Assembly (NCBI GenBank): GCA_031292385.1
Contig: JARLHE010000055.1
Span: 14,477-78,476, forward strand
DNA from: Oligoflexia bacterium
GTDB lineage: Bacteria; Bdellovibrionota; UBA1018
Length of the DNA stretch: 64,000 nucleotides
Direction of reading: 5' to 3'
Below the pieces are notes generated by a model. That model worked only from the letters and a program-made list of their open reading frames with translations, had not been told where the DNA came from and did no database searches. Below, piece by piece: positions 16,468 through 25,425 of the stretch (its first letter is position 1; every line of letters begins with the position of its first letter). A program made the translations under genes and the position numbers.

Positions 16468-17544
16468 TTGCGTAAAAACAAATATCTCTCATTGTCACTA
16501 GTAACCGTCAGTGCCGCTGCGATCGGATTTGTCGTGATATCCGCTTGCACGGACGGACAAGCCAAAGCCAAGCCAAACATCATTACCAAAGAAGCTCCGC
16601 AGGCCGGAGCCGTCGCCAAGATCGGCGGCGAGATCATCACCGAGGATCAGTTGATCGGCGATGATAAGCTCGATTTCTTCGATCTCAAGAAGCGCGAGTA
16701 CGAATTGAAAATGGATCGCCTCAACAAGCTGATGGTCGAAAAGCTGATCGGCGGCGAAGCCAAGAAAAACAACATGAGCCTCGATGACTTCGTGAACAAG
16801 AAGGTCATCGGCGGCGAAGTGAAAATCTCGGACTCCGAGTACAACAAGTTCGTGAAGGAAAAGCACGTCCCGGAAAGCCAGCTCAATCCGCAGCTCAAAG
16901 AGCGAATCATCGCTTACTTGCAGTCGTTGAAGAAGCAGGACCTGGTTCAGAATTACCTGACCAAGCTGACGAAGAGCAATCCGGTTGAAGTTTACTTCCA
17001 GAAACCGAAGATGAACGTGAATGTCGATCCGGGCAACAGCCCGTGGTTCGGCGGCGAGCACGCTCCGGTGACCATCGTGGAGTTCTCCGATTTTCAGTGC
17101 CCGTTCTGCAGCCGCGCCGCGGAAACGGTGACGGAGCTCAAGAAAAAATACGGAAACAAGATCAAGCTTCACTTCCGCATGTTCCCGCTCCCGATGCATA
17201 AGGATGCGCGTCCTTCGGCTGAAGCGGCTCTTTGCGTGAACGATCAGGGTATGCCGAAATTCTGGAAGTTCCATGATCTTCTTTTCAAGAACCAGGACAA
17301 GCTGACGCCTGAGAATTTCGCGAAGTGGGCGAAGGAAGCGGGCGCGGACGAAGCCAAGTTCAAGAGCTGCTTCGACGGTCATCAGTTCGCCAAGGTGGTT
17401 CAGTCCGACACCGAATACGGCGAGAAGATCGGCGTGAAGTCCACTCCGACCTTCTTCATCAATGGTCAGTTGGTCAACGGCGCCTTGCCTCTCGATCAAT
17501 TCTCCGAGATCGTTGACGACGAATTGGCCAGCAAGAAAGAGTAA
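16468..17544 (+). CDS. DsbA-family thiol:disulfide oxidoreductase with SurA-N-like chaperone region, periplasmic
   Basis: TTG start. Signal/anchor LSLSLVTVSAAAIGFVVISAC. Thioredoxin active site FSDFQCPFCSR, and STPTFFINGQ near the C-terminus. Confidence 0.85.
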   Translation: MRKNKYLSLSLVTVSAAAIGFVVISACTDGQAKAKPNIITKEAPQAGAVAKIGGEIITEDQLIGDDKLDFFDLKKREYELKMDRLNKLMVEKLIGGEAKKNNMSLDDFVNKKVIGGEVKISDSEYNKFVKEKHVPESQLNPQLKERIIAYLQSLKKQDLVQNYLTKLTKSNPVEVYFQKPKMNVNVDPGNSPWFGGEHAPVTIVEFSDFQCPFCSRAAETVTELKKKYGNKIKLHFRMFPLPMHKDARPSAEAALCVNDQGMPKFWKFHDLLFKNQDKLTPENFAKWAKEAGADEAKFKSCFDGHQFAKVVQSDTEYGEKIGVKSTPTFFINGQLVNGALPLDQFSEIVDDELASKKE

Positions 17545-17564
17545 TCATCTTTATAAGTAAACAA

Positions 17565-17608
17565 GAAAGCCCGGGACTTCCTCGCGAAGTTCCGGGCTTT
17601 TTTGTTTT
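17565..17608. terminator. Bidirectional rho-independent terminator between convergent genes
   Basis: gaaagcccgggacttc / ctcgc / gaagttccgggcttt, followed by ttttgtttt. An A-rich run on the left serves the opposite strand. Confidence 0.8.
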
Positions 17609-17610
17609 GG

Positions 17611-18963
17611 TTAATAGGTAACCGGATCACCGTTCTTATCGGTGAATTTTCCATCCGAGGTTCCGGCACCGTTGACGATGGGGCCGTCGTAATAGATCCC
17701 GTGGGTCGGGTCATAGATCCCTTGATAGTAGCCCTGCGTGATCAGGCCATTGGAAAATAGCCCGCTTTCGATCGTTCCGTCTTGGAAGACTACCTTGCCT
17801 GGGCCATTGGGTTGGCCCTGGAAGCTTTTGCCCACGTACGTAGAGACGCCTTCCACGTTGATTTGATTTTCGATCGGGGTTCCGGGCTTTCGCGTTCGGA
17901 TCGAGTCGATCTCAGTCCTGCCATCAGGGGTGGTGGGTAAAATTTTGAGAAGATTAGCCGCTGCGATCCAGGCGGTCCCGCCCTTGCTTGAGGGTGGCCA
18001 GCCCGTGCCCCAGGAGTTTCTGAGCTCGACCTGGCAGACTCCGTTGACCATCTTCATCCCGACCACATCGACCGCATGAGGCCCGCAGGTGGCGATCAAA
18101 GCGGGAGGAACGCTGTCAGTGCTGCCGATGCCGGGCATTTGGCTGAGTTGATCGCCGCAGAGCCCGATAATCGAAGGCTCCTTGGCTTTGAGGTTGGCTT
18201 GGAGCGTTTCCATGAAGCGATCGCCCGTTTTGGCATTATCCTGCAAGATGTCGTAGGGCGGGGAGATCGAGACGCGCTTCGCGCTCTTCTTGGGTTGGGT
18301 CACCAGCGAGTATTTTGCATCGGCGGTGTTTAAGAACGCGGTTTCGTTATTCGAAGAATGCAGGAGCTGCAAGAGGGACGTAAAGTATTTTTCTAGAAGC
18401 TGCGTATCCGGATCCTGCGGCCGGCAGGCCAGTTGGGACGCGGCATCGTACGGTTTTTCGGTCTCGTAATATTTTGAGAATTTGCTCATGATGCCGGGGT
18501 TTTCGAAATAAGTCTGTTCGAATGGATAGTCCTGGTCACGGTAGACTTCCCCCGAGGCTTGCACGCCTTCAAGGAGTTCGAGCGGGCTGTCGCCGTTATT
18601 CATGTCCGGGCTTTTTCCGCGATCCGCGGAGGGTTTGCCCGTGTTCAATGAATTGATGTCCATCGCCGAAAGCCGCGTTTGATAATGATCATCGGGATGA
18701 GCGATATGATTTTGGTATTCGAGGACCGCCTTCGCGGCGAAAGTCGCGCACCAAGGCGCGTTTTCTTGCTCGTCGATGGGGGGCATGTCGGGCTCGAGAT
18801 CGACGGAAACGCCGCCGCAATCATGCACGTACTTCGTGGTCATCAGCGCGATCGGTGGCGGTGTGTATGGATCGTCGTCGGCCATCGCCGTGAGAGTCGG
18901 TGGCGCCAAAAGACCGGATGCCAAGAGCAGGATCGTGCTGAGGAGGCGAGCTTGAGGTTTCAC
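17611..18963 (-). CDS. Secreted papain-like (clan CA, C1-like) cysteine peptidase with C-terminal MORN-like repeats
   Basis: The probable start is GTG at 18963, which overlaps the upstream stop as GTGA, giving VKPQARLLSTILLLASGLLAPPTLTAMA. Catalytic-type motifs are APWCATFAAKA (Cys) and GPHAVDVVGM..ELRNSWGTGW (His, NSWG). The tail YVGKSFQGQPNGPGKVVFQDGTIESGLFSNG is MORN-like. Confidence 0.75.
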   Translation of the reverse strand: MKPQARLLSTILLLASGLLAPPTLTAMADDDPYTPPPIALMTTKYVHDCGGVSVDLEPDMPPIDEQENAPWCATFAAKAVLEYQNHIAHPDDHYQTRLSAMDINSLNTGKPSADRGKSPDMNNGDSPLELLEGVQASGEVYRDQDYPFEQTYFENPGIMSKFSKYYETEKPYDAASQLACRPQDPDTQLLEKYFTSLLQLLHSSNNETAFLNTADAKYSLVTQPKKSAKRVSISPPYDILQDNAKTGDRFMETLQANLKAKEPSIIGLCGDQLSQMPGIGSTDSVPPALIATCGPHAVDVVGMKMVNGVCQVELRNSWGTGWPPSSKGGTAWIAAANLLKILPTTPDGRTEIDSIRTRKPGTPIENQINVEGVSTYVGKSFQGQPNGPGKVVFQDGTIESGLFSNGLITQGYYQGIYDPTHGIYYDGPIVNGAGTSDGKFTDKNGDPVTY

Positions 18964-19376
18964 GGTTTGCTCTTCTTTATTTTTTCGAAATGGGCCTGGT
19001 AGAGCGCGTGGGCGTCGATCAAAGTGAGATCCGAAAATACGCAAAACTGCGTGTCGTCGGTCCGGTTCTCTTCGTGCATGAAAAGCTGCGATCCCTGCAG
19101 AAGCTCGCAATAGGCGCCGGCGTAGTTTCCGGGCGTGGCCTTCCGGATTTCAGCGATCCTGGATTTGCCCTGGTAAATTTTCAGTGCCTCGCAGCTTTGG
19201 AGGCGTTGCAGGCAGACGTCATTGACCCGCAGGCCGTCTTTCGTTTTACCGACGAGAGCCGTCACGTTTTTGCCGCCGAATAGATACGAATAGCGGGTCA
19301 TTTCCGCGTCCGCGCGGCCTGGGAGTGGGAAGAGCGAGAAGAAAGAAGCGAGCAGGAAGGCAAGTCCGCGGAGCAT
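18960..19376 (-). CDS. Small secreted Cys-containing protein, possibly DUF333-like
   Basis: Signal MLRGLAFLLASFFSLFPLPGRADA. 138 aa. The motif GNYAGAYCELLQGS...CVFSD resembles DUF333. It is translationally coupled to the downstream peptidase gene. Confidence 0.6.
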   Translation of the reverse strand: MLRGLAFLLASFFSLFPLPGRADAEMTRYSYLFGGKNVTALVGKTKDGLRVNDVCLQRLQSCEALKIYQGKSRIAEIRKATPGNYAGAYCELLQGSQLFMHEENRTDDTQFCVFSDLTLIDAHALYQAHFEKIKKSKP

Positions 19377-19411
19377 AAGACCTTATCGGAATTCCCGTTA
19401 CCCGGCTTGAA

Positions 19412-20206
19412 TCAGGGTTTCTGAATGAAGGTCAGGATCGCGTCGGTCGGATCTTCATTTAATTCGGTCAGTTGAAAATTTGGGGCATGAGCGGAAATCG
19501 CCGCCCGCACTTCTTGAGATGCGTCAGACGGGAGCAGGGCCAGTCCTTTGACCGAGGCCGGGATCTTCCAGGCATGACGGGCTTGAAAGCCCTTGTCCTG
19601 CAAATCGAGAGCGAAGTGAGAAAGGTTTTTTCCTGGAGCGCTGCTTGCGGCGATTTCCGGCGCGACCAGCACTGCTTTATCTACTAGACCCTTGTAAGCG
19701 GCGTAATAGGCGGCCAGGCCTCCGGTCGACCATCCGATCACCGTTTTTCCGGGAAAGTGCTGGAGGTCTCGAGCGTGCCTATTCCAGGCCAACGTCCCGA
19801 TTTGCGGGATATCGGTAATCCGTGTGCTATCCATATTGCCGGTCGATCCACCTTGGCCGCCTTGCCCCATGTAATCGAAGGCGATAACCCGGTAGCCTGT
19901 ATTCGAGAGCTTCTCGAAGAGCGCGGAGTGGTTCAGCATGGAGTCATCGAGGCCTTCGTAGAATAAAACATTTCCTTTGAAGGGGGGGCCGCTTTTTTCG
20001 GGAAGGTATCCGCTCCGGATCTGGGCTGAAACTTCATGGGTCGCGTCGAGCCCTCGGGCATCGGGAATTTTCATCGTGATGAGAATCGGCTCACAATGCC
20101 AGGGACTGGGGCAGTCGTCCGCCCGAAGCTCGCGTGCGCCTACGCAAACGAGAAGGGCGGCCAGGAGCCACTCAGTTTTTCTTCCAAGACTCGATTTGTT
20201 CTTCAA
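19412..20206 (-). CDS. Secreted alpha/beta hydrolase
   Basis: Signal peptide present. Nucleophile elbow VIGWSTGG (GxSxG). 264 aa. Confidence 0.7.
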   Translation of the reverse strand: MKNKSSLGRKTEWLLAALLVCVGARELRADDCPSPWHCEPILITMKIPDARGLDATHEVSAQIRSGYLPEKSGPPFKGNVLFYEGLDDSMLNHSALFEKLSNTGYRVIAFDYMGQGGQGGSTGNMDSTRITDIPQIGTLAWNRHARDLQHFPGKTVIGWSTGGLAAYYAAYKGLVDKAVLVAPEIAASSAPGKNLSHFALDLQDKGFQARHAWKIPASVKGLALLPSDASQEVRAAISAHAPNFQLTELNEDPTDAILTFIQKP

Positions 20207-20951
20207 AGGACAGCTTTGTATCGGTTTTTTTGCCGGTGAGGGCTTCCAGCGTCTTGATCGTTTCCTTCTGCAACTCGGGATCCTTGCGATGATCGAGAAG
20301 AGGTTTGAGCTCGGAAGCGATGCTCGGGTCTTTCAGTGCGGCAAGCGCCTGGAGCGAGTGCTCCGGGACCCACTGCGATTTTCCGAAACGATAGTTCTCC
20401 TGGCTATGCAGGGCGGTGAGCAGCGCGCGGGAGGCCCCTGGAGGCCGGAGTTCGCGGATCGCGTCGACCGCCTCAAGGCGAACGGCGAGCGCCGGATCTT
20501 TCATCAAAGGAAGAACGGCGGAGGCGGTTTTTGGGTCCTTTAAAGCCGAAAGGGCGCGAAGCGCGGCGCTTCGGATCAGCCAGATCTTGTCGTTCAGCAG
20601 GGGAGCGATCAGCGGAGCCGTGGCCGTACCGCCGAGCTTGGCTGCGCCCATGATCGCGATGTAGCGCACCCGATCCGAGTTTCTCTTGTCTTGGGCAATC
20701 GAGATGAGCGGATGGACCGCGCTGGTTCCGTAAGCGCCTTGCCATTTTGACAGCAAGCGCAAGAATTGCGGCGATCGTTCTGAGTTGATGTCGGTGACCA
20801 ATGCGGACTGGGAAGGCTGGGTGTCGCTATTGGCTTGTGCGAGGCGAGTGAAGAGGGGCGTGCTCGTGCCGAGGGTCAGTAATAAGCCGACTGCACTAGC
20901 TATTGAGCATTTTCTCGAATTCAGAAATGAGGTCTTCATCGGATTTCTCAC
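20172..20951 (-). CDS. HEAT-repeat protein with signal peptide
   Basis: Repeated (A)VR..A..AL..L.DP motifs, e.g. IRSAALRALSALKDPKTASAVLPLMKDPALAVRLEAVDAIRELR. N-terminal signal. Confidence 0.7.
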   Translation of the reverse strand: MRNPMKTSFLNSRKCSIASAVGLLLTLGTSTPLFTRLAQANSDTQPSQSALVTDINSERSPQFLRLLSKWQGAYGTSAVHPLISIAQDKRNSDRVRYIAIMGAAKLGGTATAPLIAPLLNDKIWLIRSAALRALSALKDPKTASAVLPLMKDPALAVRLEAVDAIRELRPPGASRALLTALHSQENYRFGKSQWVPEHSLQALAALKDPSIASELKPLLDHRKDPELQKETIKTLEALTGKKTDTKLSFEEQIESWKKN

Positions 20952-22131
20952 TCAGGATGGCAGCTGGGGCCGGCGCATCCACTTCAGGTTTAGGGGTCTG
21001 AATCTGAGCATCCGCTGGTTGAAGACTTTTTTCAACACTATCCACAAGGGATTCGAAGTCCGGGGTTTCCGCAGCAGCCGTCGCGGCTCCGGCTTGTTTG
21101 GTCGCGTTTTCGGTGGCCTTGCCTTTGGAGTCTTTCGGTTTTTTCGCGAGCGCGGCATCGAACTCGGATTCCAACGTCACGGCTTCGGCAGGGACGGCGG
21201 AAAGCTCCGATTCCGCGGTCGCTTGAAGCGGCGTTTCCGACGGATTGATCGCGATTTCTTCGGCTTTCGGAGAGAGCGAGGGCTCGTTCGTCAGGCCTGC
21301 CGGACTTTTTTCGGCCATCGAGAGGGATGGGCCGTCGTTGCTCGAAGTCGAAGTCGCGGAAGTTTTCGCTGAGGTCGGCCCAAGCTCGGCGTTCGCGACG
21401 GCCGTCTCCGATGGCGCTTGAGCAAGATGTGCCGCGGCCGCCGGTCCAGAGGCGCCGGATCCAGCCGGGGCAATCGCCGGTTCGCCGGCTGCGGAGGGGG
21501 CGGCGCCGGATTTGCCGAGAGCGCTCTTCAGCTGGCTGTTCTCCTGTTGCAAACGCTTCAAATTCGCGAGGTCGTCTTCGATGACGCTGTATTCGGCAAG
21601 ACGCGCCTCAAGGGACGCCACCTTTTCCTTGAGTTTGGAGTCTTCGGCCGAGTTCGCGCCGCCTCCTGATTTCGCAGCCGCGAGATCCTGCTCCAGCTTG
21701 GCTTTTTCGGTCTGAATCTGCGTCAAAACCTGCTCCTGCTCGGCCATTTTGGCTTCCAGGGCCGCGAGCTTTTTCTGAAGCTCGGGGTCAGGAGCGCCGG
21801 CGTGACCTTGCACTCCGGTTCGATTACCGGCTCCCGCCATCAGCGAGGCGAGAAGCGCCGGATCGATGGGGGCGCCGTTTTTCGACGAACTCCCATCGGC
21901 GCCGACTAAAATCCCGAAGAGTTGCGCGCGAAGCGCTTCCGCGTCGCCGATCAATTGGTTCAGTCCGTTTTTCACGACGGAGGCGGGGATGGCATCGGCG
22001 GCCGCGCCGAACTTGAATTTGCGCAGGATCCAAAAAGCCGTGTACGCGCAGATCAGCAGACAGATCGCGAGCGCTTCGAATAAGAGCGCTTCCGGAGTGA
22101 ATTTAGAGAAGACGTAAATCCACGATGCCAT
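20896..22131 (-). CDS. Membrane-anchored protein with a coiled-coil segment and long Ala/Pro/Ser/Glu low-complexity tail
   Basis: N-terminal TM segment EALLFEALAICLLICAYTAFWIL. Coiled coil LQKKLAALEAKMAEQEQVLTQIQTEKAKLEQDL. Function unknown. Confidence 0.6.
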   Translation of the reverse strand: MASWIYVFSKFTPEALLFEALAICLLICAYTAFWILRKFKFGAAADAIPASVVKNGLNQLIGDAEALRAQLFGILVGADGSSSKNGAPIDPALLASLMAGAGNRTGVQGHAGAPDPELQKKLAALEAKMAEQEQVLTQIQTEKAKLEQDLAAAKSGGGANSAEDSKLKEKVASLEARLAEYSVIEDDLANLKRLQQENSQLKSALGKSGAAPSAAGEPAIAPAGSGASGPAAAAHLAQAPSETAVANAELGPTSAKTSATSTSSNDGPSLSMAEKSPAGLTNEPSLSPKAEEIAINPSETPLQATAESELSAVPAEAVTLESEFDAALAKKPKDSKGKATENATKQAGAATAAAETPDFESLVDSVEKSLQPADAQIQTPKPEVDAPAPAAILSEKSDEDLISEFEKMLNS

Positions 22132-22198
22132 ATTACCGTCCTTGGTTAGGCCTGTGAGAAAACTCCAGTTTTCAGTTTACGGATCGCGCGCGGTTAAG

Positions 22199-23053
22199 TC
22201 AAACGGGCGAATGGCCCGGAAGTTGGCAGAATTCCGGGGCAATCGTTTGTTGAAGCGTTGTGTATAATGCGCCGTTAGTGGCGAGAATTTGCTTCATTTC
22301 CGGGCGGAACGGATGGCCTTCGAAATTCGTCACTTTTCCGCCTGCCTCTTCGACCAGAAGCGCGCCGGCGGCCGTATCCCAGGCCGACAGATTGCGCTCC
22401 CAAAAACCGTCAAAAACTCCACGCGCCGTATAGGCGAGATCGAGCGCCGCGCTTCCGGGGCGGCGGACCGCGCGCGCGATGCCCGAAAGGCGTTCGAAGG
22501 CGTCCATTTCCGTGCGCAGCTGCGATTTCTTCTTATAGGTGAAACCGGTGGTCAGAAGCGAATCGGCAACGCGGCTTGTCTTCGAAACCTGCAATTTTTT
22601 GCCGTTCACCGTGGCGCCTTTGCCGCGAACGCCGATGTACAGATCGTTCAAAATCGGATGGTAAATCACGCCGACCACGACTTCATTGGCCCACTGGGCG
22701 GCGATCGAGACGCAGAACATCGGAAAGCGATGAACGAAGTTCGTCGTTCCATCCAGCGGATCCATGATCCAGCGCCCCGGGTCCTTCGAGAACTCCTCGG
22801 GCGATTCTTCGGTCAGAATGCCGAAATCGGGGTAGCGTTTCCGGAGGATTTTCAAAGCGGCCTGCTCGGCTTCCACATCGGCGTTGGTGACCAGTCCCGC
22901 GTTTTTCTTTTCGCGGATATCGAGTGGCCGTCCGAAGTGCTTGATCAGGACTTTTCCGGCCGCCAGCGCGGCGTCGACCGCGGTTTTCTTGAGGTCGGCG
23001 GTGGCGGGCATTCCTGCGGGAAGCGCGCGCACGATCTTTTTGGCTCGGGTCAT
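22199..23053 (-). CDS. suhB: Inositol monophosphatase family protein (SuhB-like)
   Basis: Contains WIMDPLDGTTNFVH and WDTAAGALLVEEAGG. Confidence 0.88.
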   Translation of the reverse strand: MTRAKKIVRALPAGMPATADLKKTAVDAALAAGKVLIKHFGRPLDIREKKNAGLVTNADVEAEQAALKILRKRYPDFGILTEESPEEFSKDPGRWIMDPLDGTTNFVHRFPMFCVSIAAQWANEVVVGVIYHPILNDLYIGVRGKGATVNGKKLQVSKTSRVADSLLTTGFTYKKKSQLRTEMDAFERLSGIARAVRRPGSAALDLAYTARGVFDGFWERNLSAWDTAAGALLVEEAGGKVTNFEGHPFRPEMKQILATNGALYTTLQQTIAPEFCQLPGHSPV

Positions 23054-23958
23054 GGTTGTTTCCTCGCTTCCGCGTAAGCTTTTTCGAGCGCGATCGTGAT
23101 CGGGCCGGCTTCGCCTTTGCCGACTCGCTTATTGTCGATGCGGGTGACCGGGAAAACTTCTTTGACCGAGCTCGACATGAAAATCTCGTCCGCCTCGTAA
23201 AGCCGTTCTTTCGGGAAGCGCACTTCGCGCACCGGGTAGCCCAGCTTGCGCGCGCATTGAATGACGAGCCGGCGCGTGACGCCGTCGAGAATCCCGATGT
23301 CGAGCGGGGGAGTGGCGATGATCCCTCTTTTTACGTAAAAGATATTGAAAGTCGTGCCTTCGGAGACGTGCCCGTCGCGGTTGAGCATCAGGGCGTCGTC
23401 GAACGCGGGAACGGCTTCGAGATAAGCCAGCAGGCTGTTCAGGTAGTTCCCCGTTTTCATCGCCGGGTCGAGCGCCCGCGGGTCGTTGCGTAGCCGTTCC
23501 GCGATTTTGAAATGGTAACCCCGTTTGCGCGCCTCGGTGGTTGGCAGCTCGAGCGGCAGCATATAAATCGTGTAGAGCGTCGGCGTGGTCAGGCCGCCCA
23601 GCCCGAATCCGATTTTTCCCTCGCCCCGGCTGACGACGATTCGGCAATAAGCATCGGCATCCCGGTGTCCCGGCAGCTCGCGCCAGGCTTGAAAGGTCCG
23701 AAGAATCTCTTTTTCGTAATGCTCGAGGGATTGACCCAGCGTCATGTGGGTGAGCTGGGCCGATTTTCCGAGCCGGTCCAGGTGTTCGTCGAGCTTCAGA
23801 AACCGGCCGTCGTAGCTGCGGACGACTTCATAAAGGCTGTCTCCGTAAAGGTAGCTTCGGTCGAAAACCGAAACTTTCGCTCGCGCGGCTTCCATGATTT
23901 CGCCGTTGAGATTCACGAGAATGGACTTCGATTGGGGAGAGAGGTCGACTGGAGTCAT
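23050..23958 (-). CDS. Class IV (fold type IV) PLP aminotransferase family (IlvE / PabC-like)
   Basis: Contains FDRSYLYGDSLYEVVRSY, EGTTFNIFYVK and ILDGVTR. 302 aa. The exact specificity cannot be determined by eye. Confidence 0.8.
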   Translation of the reverse strand: MTPVDLSPQSKSILVNLNGEIMEAARAKVSVFDRSYLYGDSLYEVVRSYDGRFLKLDEHLDRLGKSAQLTHMTLGQSLEHYEKEILRTFQAWRELPGHRDADAYCRIVVSRGEGKIGFGLGGLTTPTLYTIYMLPLELPTTEARKRGYHFKIAERLRNDPRALDPAMKTGNYLNSLLAYLEAVPAFDDALMLNRDGHVSEGTTFNIFYVKRGIIATPPLDIGILDGVTRRLVIQCARKLGYPVREVRFPKERLYEADEIFMSSSVKEVFPVTRIDNKRVGKGEAGPITIALEKAYAEARKQP

Positions 23959-24126
23959 TGCCTCAAGACTTGCCCATTTTCGTTTGGAAGGCCATCTCTA
24001 AAATAGGGGAGCCTGTCCCAAAAGAGGGATGTCGGGGCCAGCCCGCGTACACGCGGGCGCAAGCAGGGCAGGAGCCCGACCCCCGATACCCTTTTCTTGG
24101 CCTGGTTCCTAGGATAAGTAAGAAAG

Positions 24127-25425
24127 ATGCTGGAGAACGAAGACTCTTTATTGCCCCGCGCCGCCCGTAGCACTGATGGGGGCTCGGTCCGAAGTTTGTC
24201 CGAGGGCGCGTTACGCGCGGTGAGCGTCGGCTTGGAAGAGGAGTCGCTCAATGAAATGGCACGGCTATTGACGACCCTTGGCGTAAAGCCGGTCGGGCGG
24301 GTTCTCACCCCTCAGCGTAAAATTCATGCGGCGACCTATATTGGCAAGGGCAAGATCGAGGAGGTCAAGGCTCTCGCTGACGAGCTCCAGGCGGATTCCG
24401 TCATTCTGGACGTCGAGCTCACTCCCAACCAGCTTCGTAACCTCGAGGTTGAATTTGGGCGTCCGATTCTGGACCGTCCCGGCGTCATTATCGAAATCTT
24501 CTCGCGGCATGCGCGCACGAAGGAAGCGAAAACCCAGGTCGCTCTGGCCAGGCTTCAGTATTTGCTGCCTCGTTTGTCGCATTTCTGGGCCCATTTCGAG
24601 CGTCAGCGGGGCGGGGGCGTGGGCAATCGCGGCATGGGCGAAAAGCAGATCGAAGTGGATCGCCGCCTCATCAAAAAAAGAATCAGCGTCCTGCGCGAGC
24701 GCTTGGTTTCGATCCGAAAAGAGCGACAGGTTCAGCGGGCCGGGCGCAAGGACGTGCTCAAGGTCGCGATCGTGGGGTATACGAATGCGGGCAAATCGAC
24801 GCTTCTCAACGCCTTGACCCAAAGCGCGGTTCGGGCCGAAGACAAGCTATTCGCGACTTTGGACGCGAGTGTCCGATCTCTCGATCCGAACTGTCACCCG
24901 CCCGTGGTGGCGATCGATACCGTGGGCTTTATCAATAAGCTTCCGACCTCGCTCATCGCGTCGTTTCGTTCGACGCTCGAGGAGCTGGAGGACGCCGACC
25001 TGCTCTTGCATGTGGTGGACGCGAGCAGCGCGCAGGCCGCCGAGCAATTGGAGGTAACGGAAGGCGTTCTCAAAGAGCTGCGGGTCGATGACAAACCGCG
25101 CATGATGGTGTTGAATAAGGCCGATCAGCTGAAAACCCCGGCCGAGAAAAACAATGCCCGATTGCTCGCGCGCGGTGGCATGATGGTGTCGGCGCTCGAT
25201 CGCGAGGATATGGTGAAGTTGCGCGAGCGGGTGTTGGATCATTTCAAGAAAAACCTGGAGCTTTACGAAGTGGTGATTCCTTATGCGAACAGCAGGCTGG
25301 AGGCGATGATTCACGCTCACGGAAGCGTTGAGGTGACCCGTCATCTGGAAAAGGGCACCTTTTACCGGCTTCGCATCGAGGAAGGCTGGGCGCAAAAGCT
25401 GGGTTTGGAGAAATTTCGTTTATGA
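24127..25425 (+). CDS. hflX: GTPase HflX
   Basis: HflX N-domain (YIGKGKIEEVK.., LTPNQLRNLE), G1 motif GYTNAGKSTLLNALT, DTVGF and NKAD. Confidence 0.93.
   Translation: MLENEDSLLPRAARSTDGGSVRSLSEGALRAVSVGLEEESLNEMARLLTTLGVKPVGRVLTPQRKIHAATYIGKGKIEEVKALADELQADSVILDVELTPNQLRNLEVEFGRPILDRPGVIIEIFSRHARTKEAKTQVALARLQYLLPRLSHFWAHFERQRGGGVGNRGMGEKQIEVDRRLIKKRISVLRERLVSIRKERQVQRAGRKDVLKVAIVGYTNAGKSTLLNALTQSAVRAEDKLFATLDASVRSLDPNCHPPVVAIDTVGFINKLPTSLIASFRSTLEELEDADLLLHVVDASSAQAAEQLEVTEGVLKELRVDDKPRMMVLNKADQLKTPAEKNNARLLARGGMMVSALDREDMVKLRERVLDHFKKNLELYEVVIPYANSRLEAMIHAHGSVEVTRHLEKGTFYRLRIEEGWAQKLGLEKFRL

Noticed and set aside
16498-17499. 333-aa ORF on the minus strand
   Set aside because: It is antisense to the DsbA-like gene, which has a CPFC thioredoxin motif. 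A shadow ORF.
18964-19110. N-terminal 49-codon extension of the papain-like peptidase ORF (listed start 19110)
   Set aside because: The extension overlaps the upstream small-protein gene and is Arg-rich with no signal peptide. The GTG at 18963 yields a proper signal peptide and a GTGA start/stop overlap.
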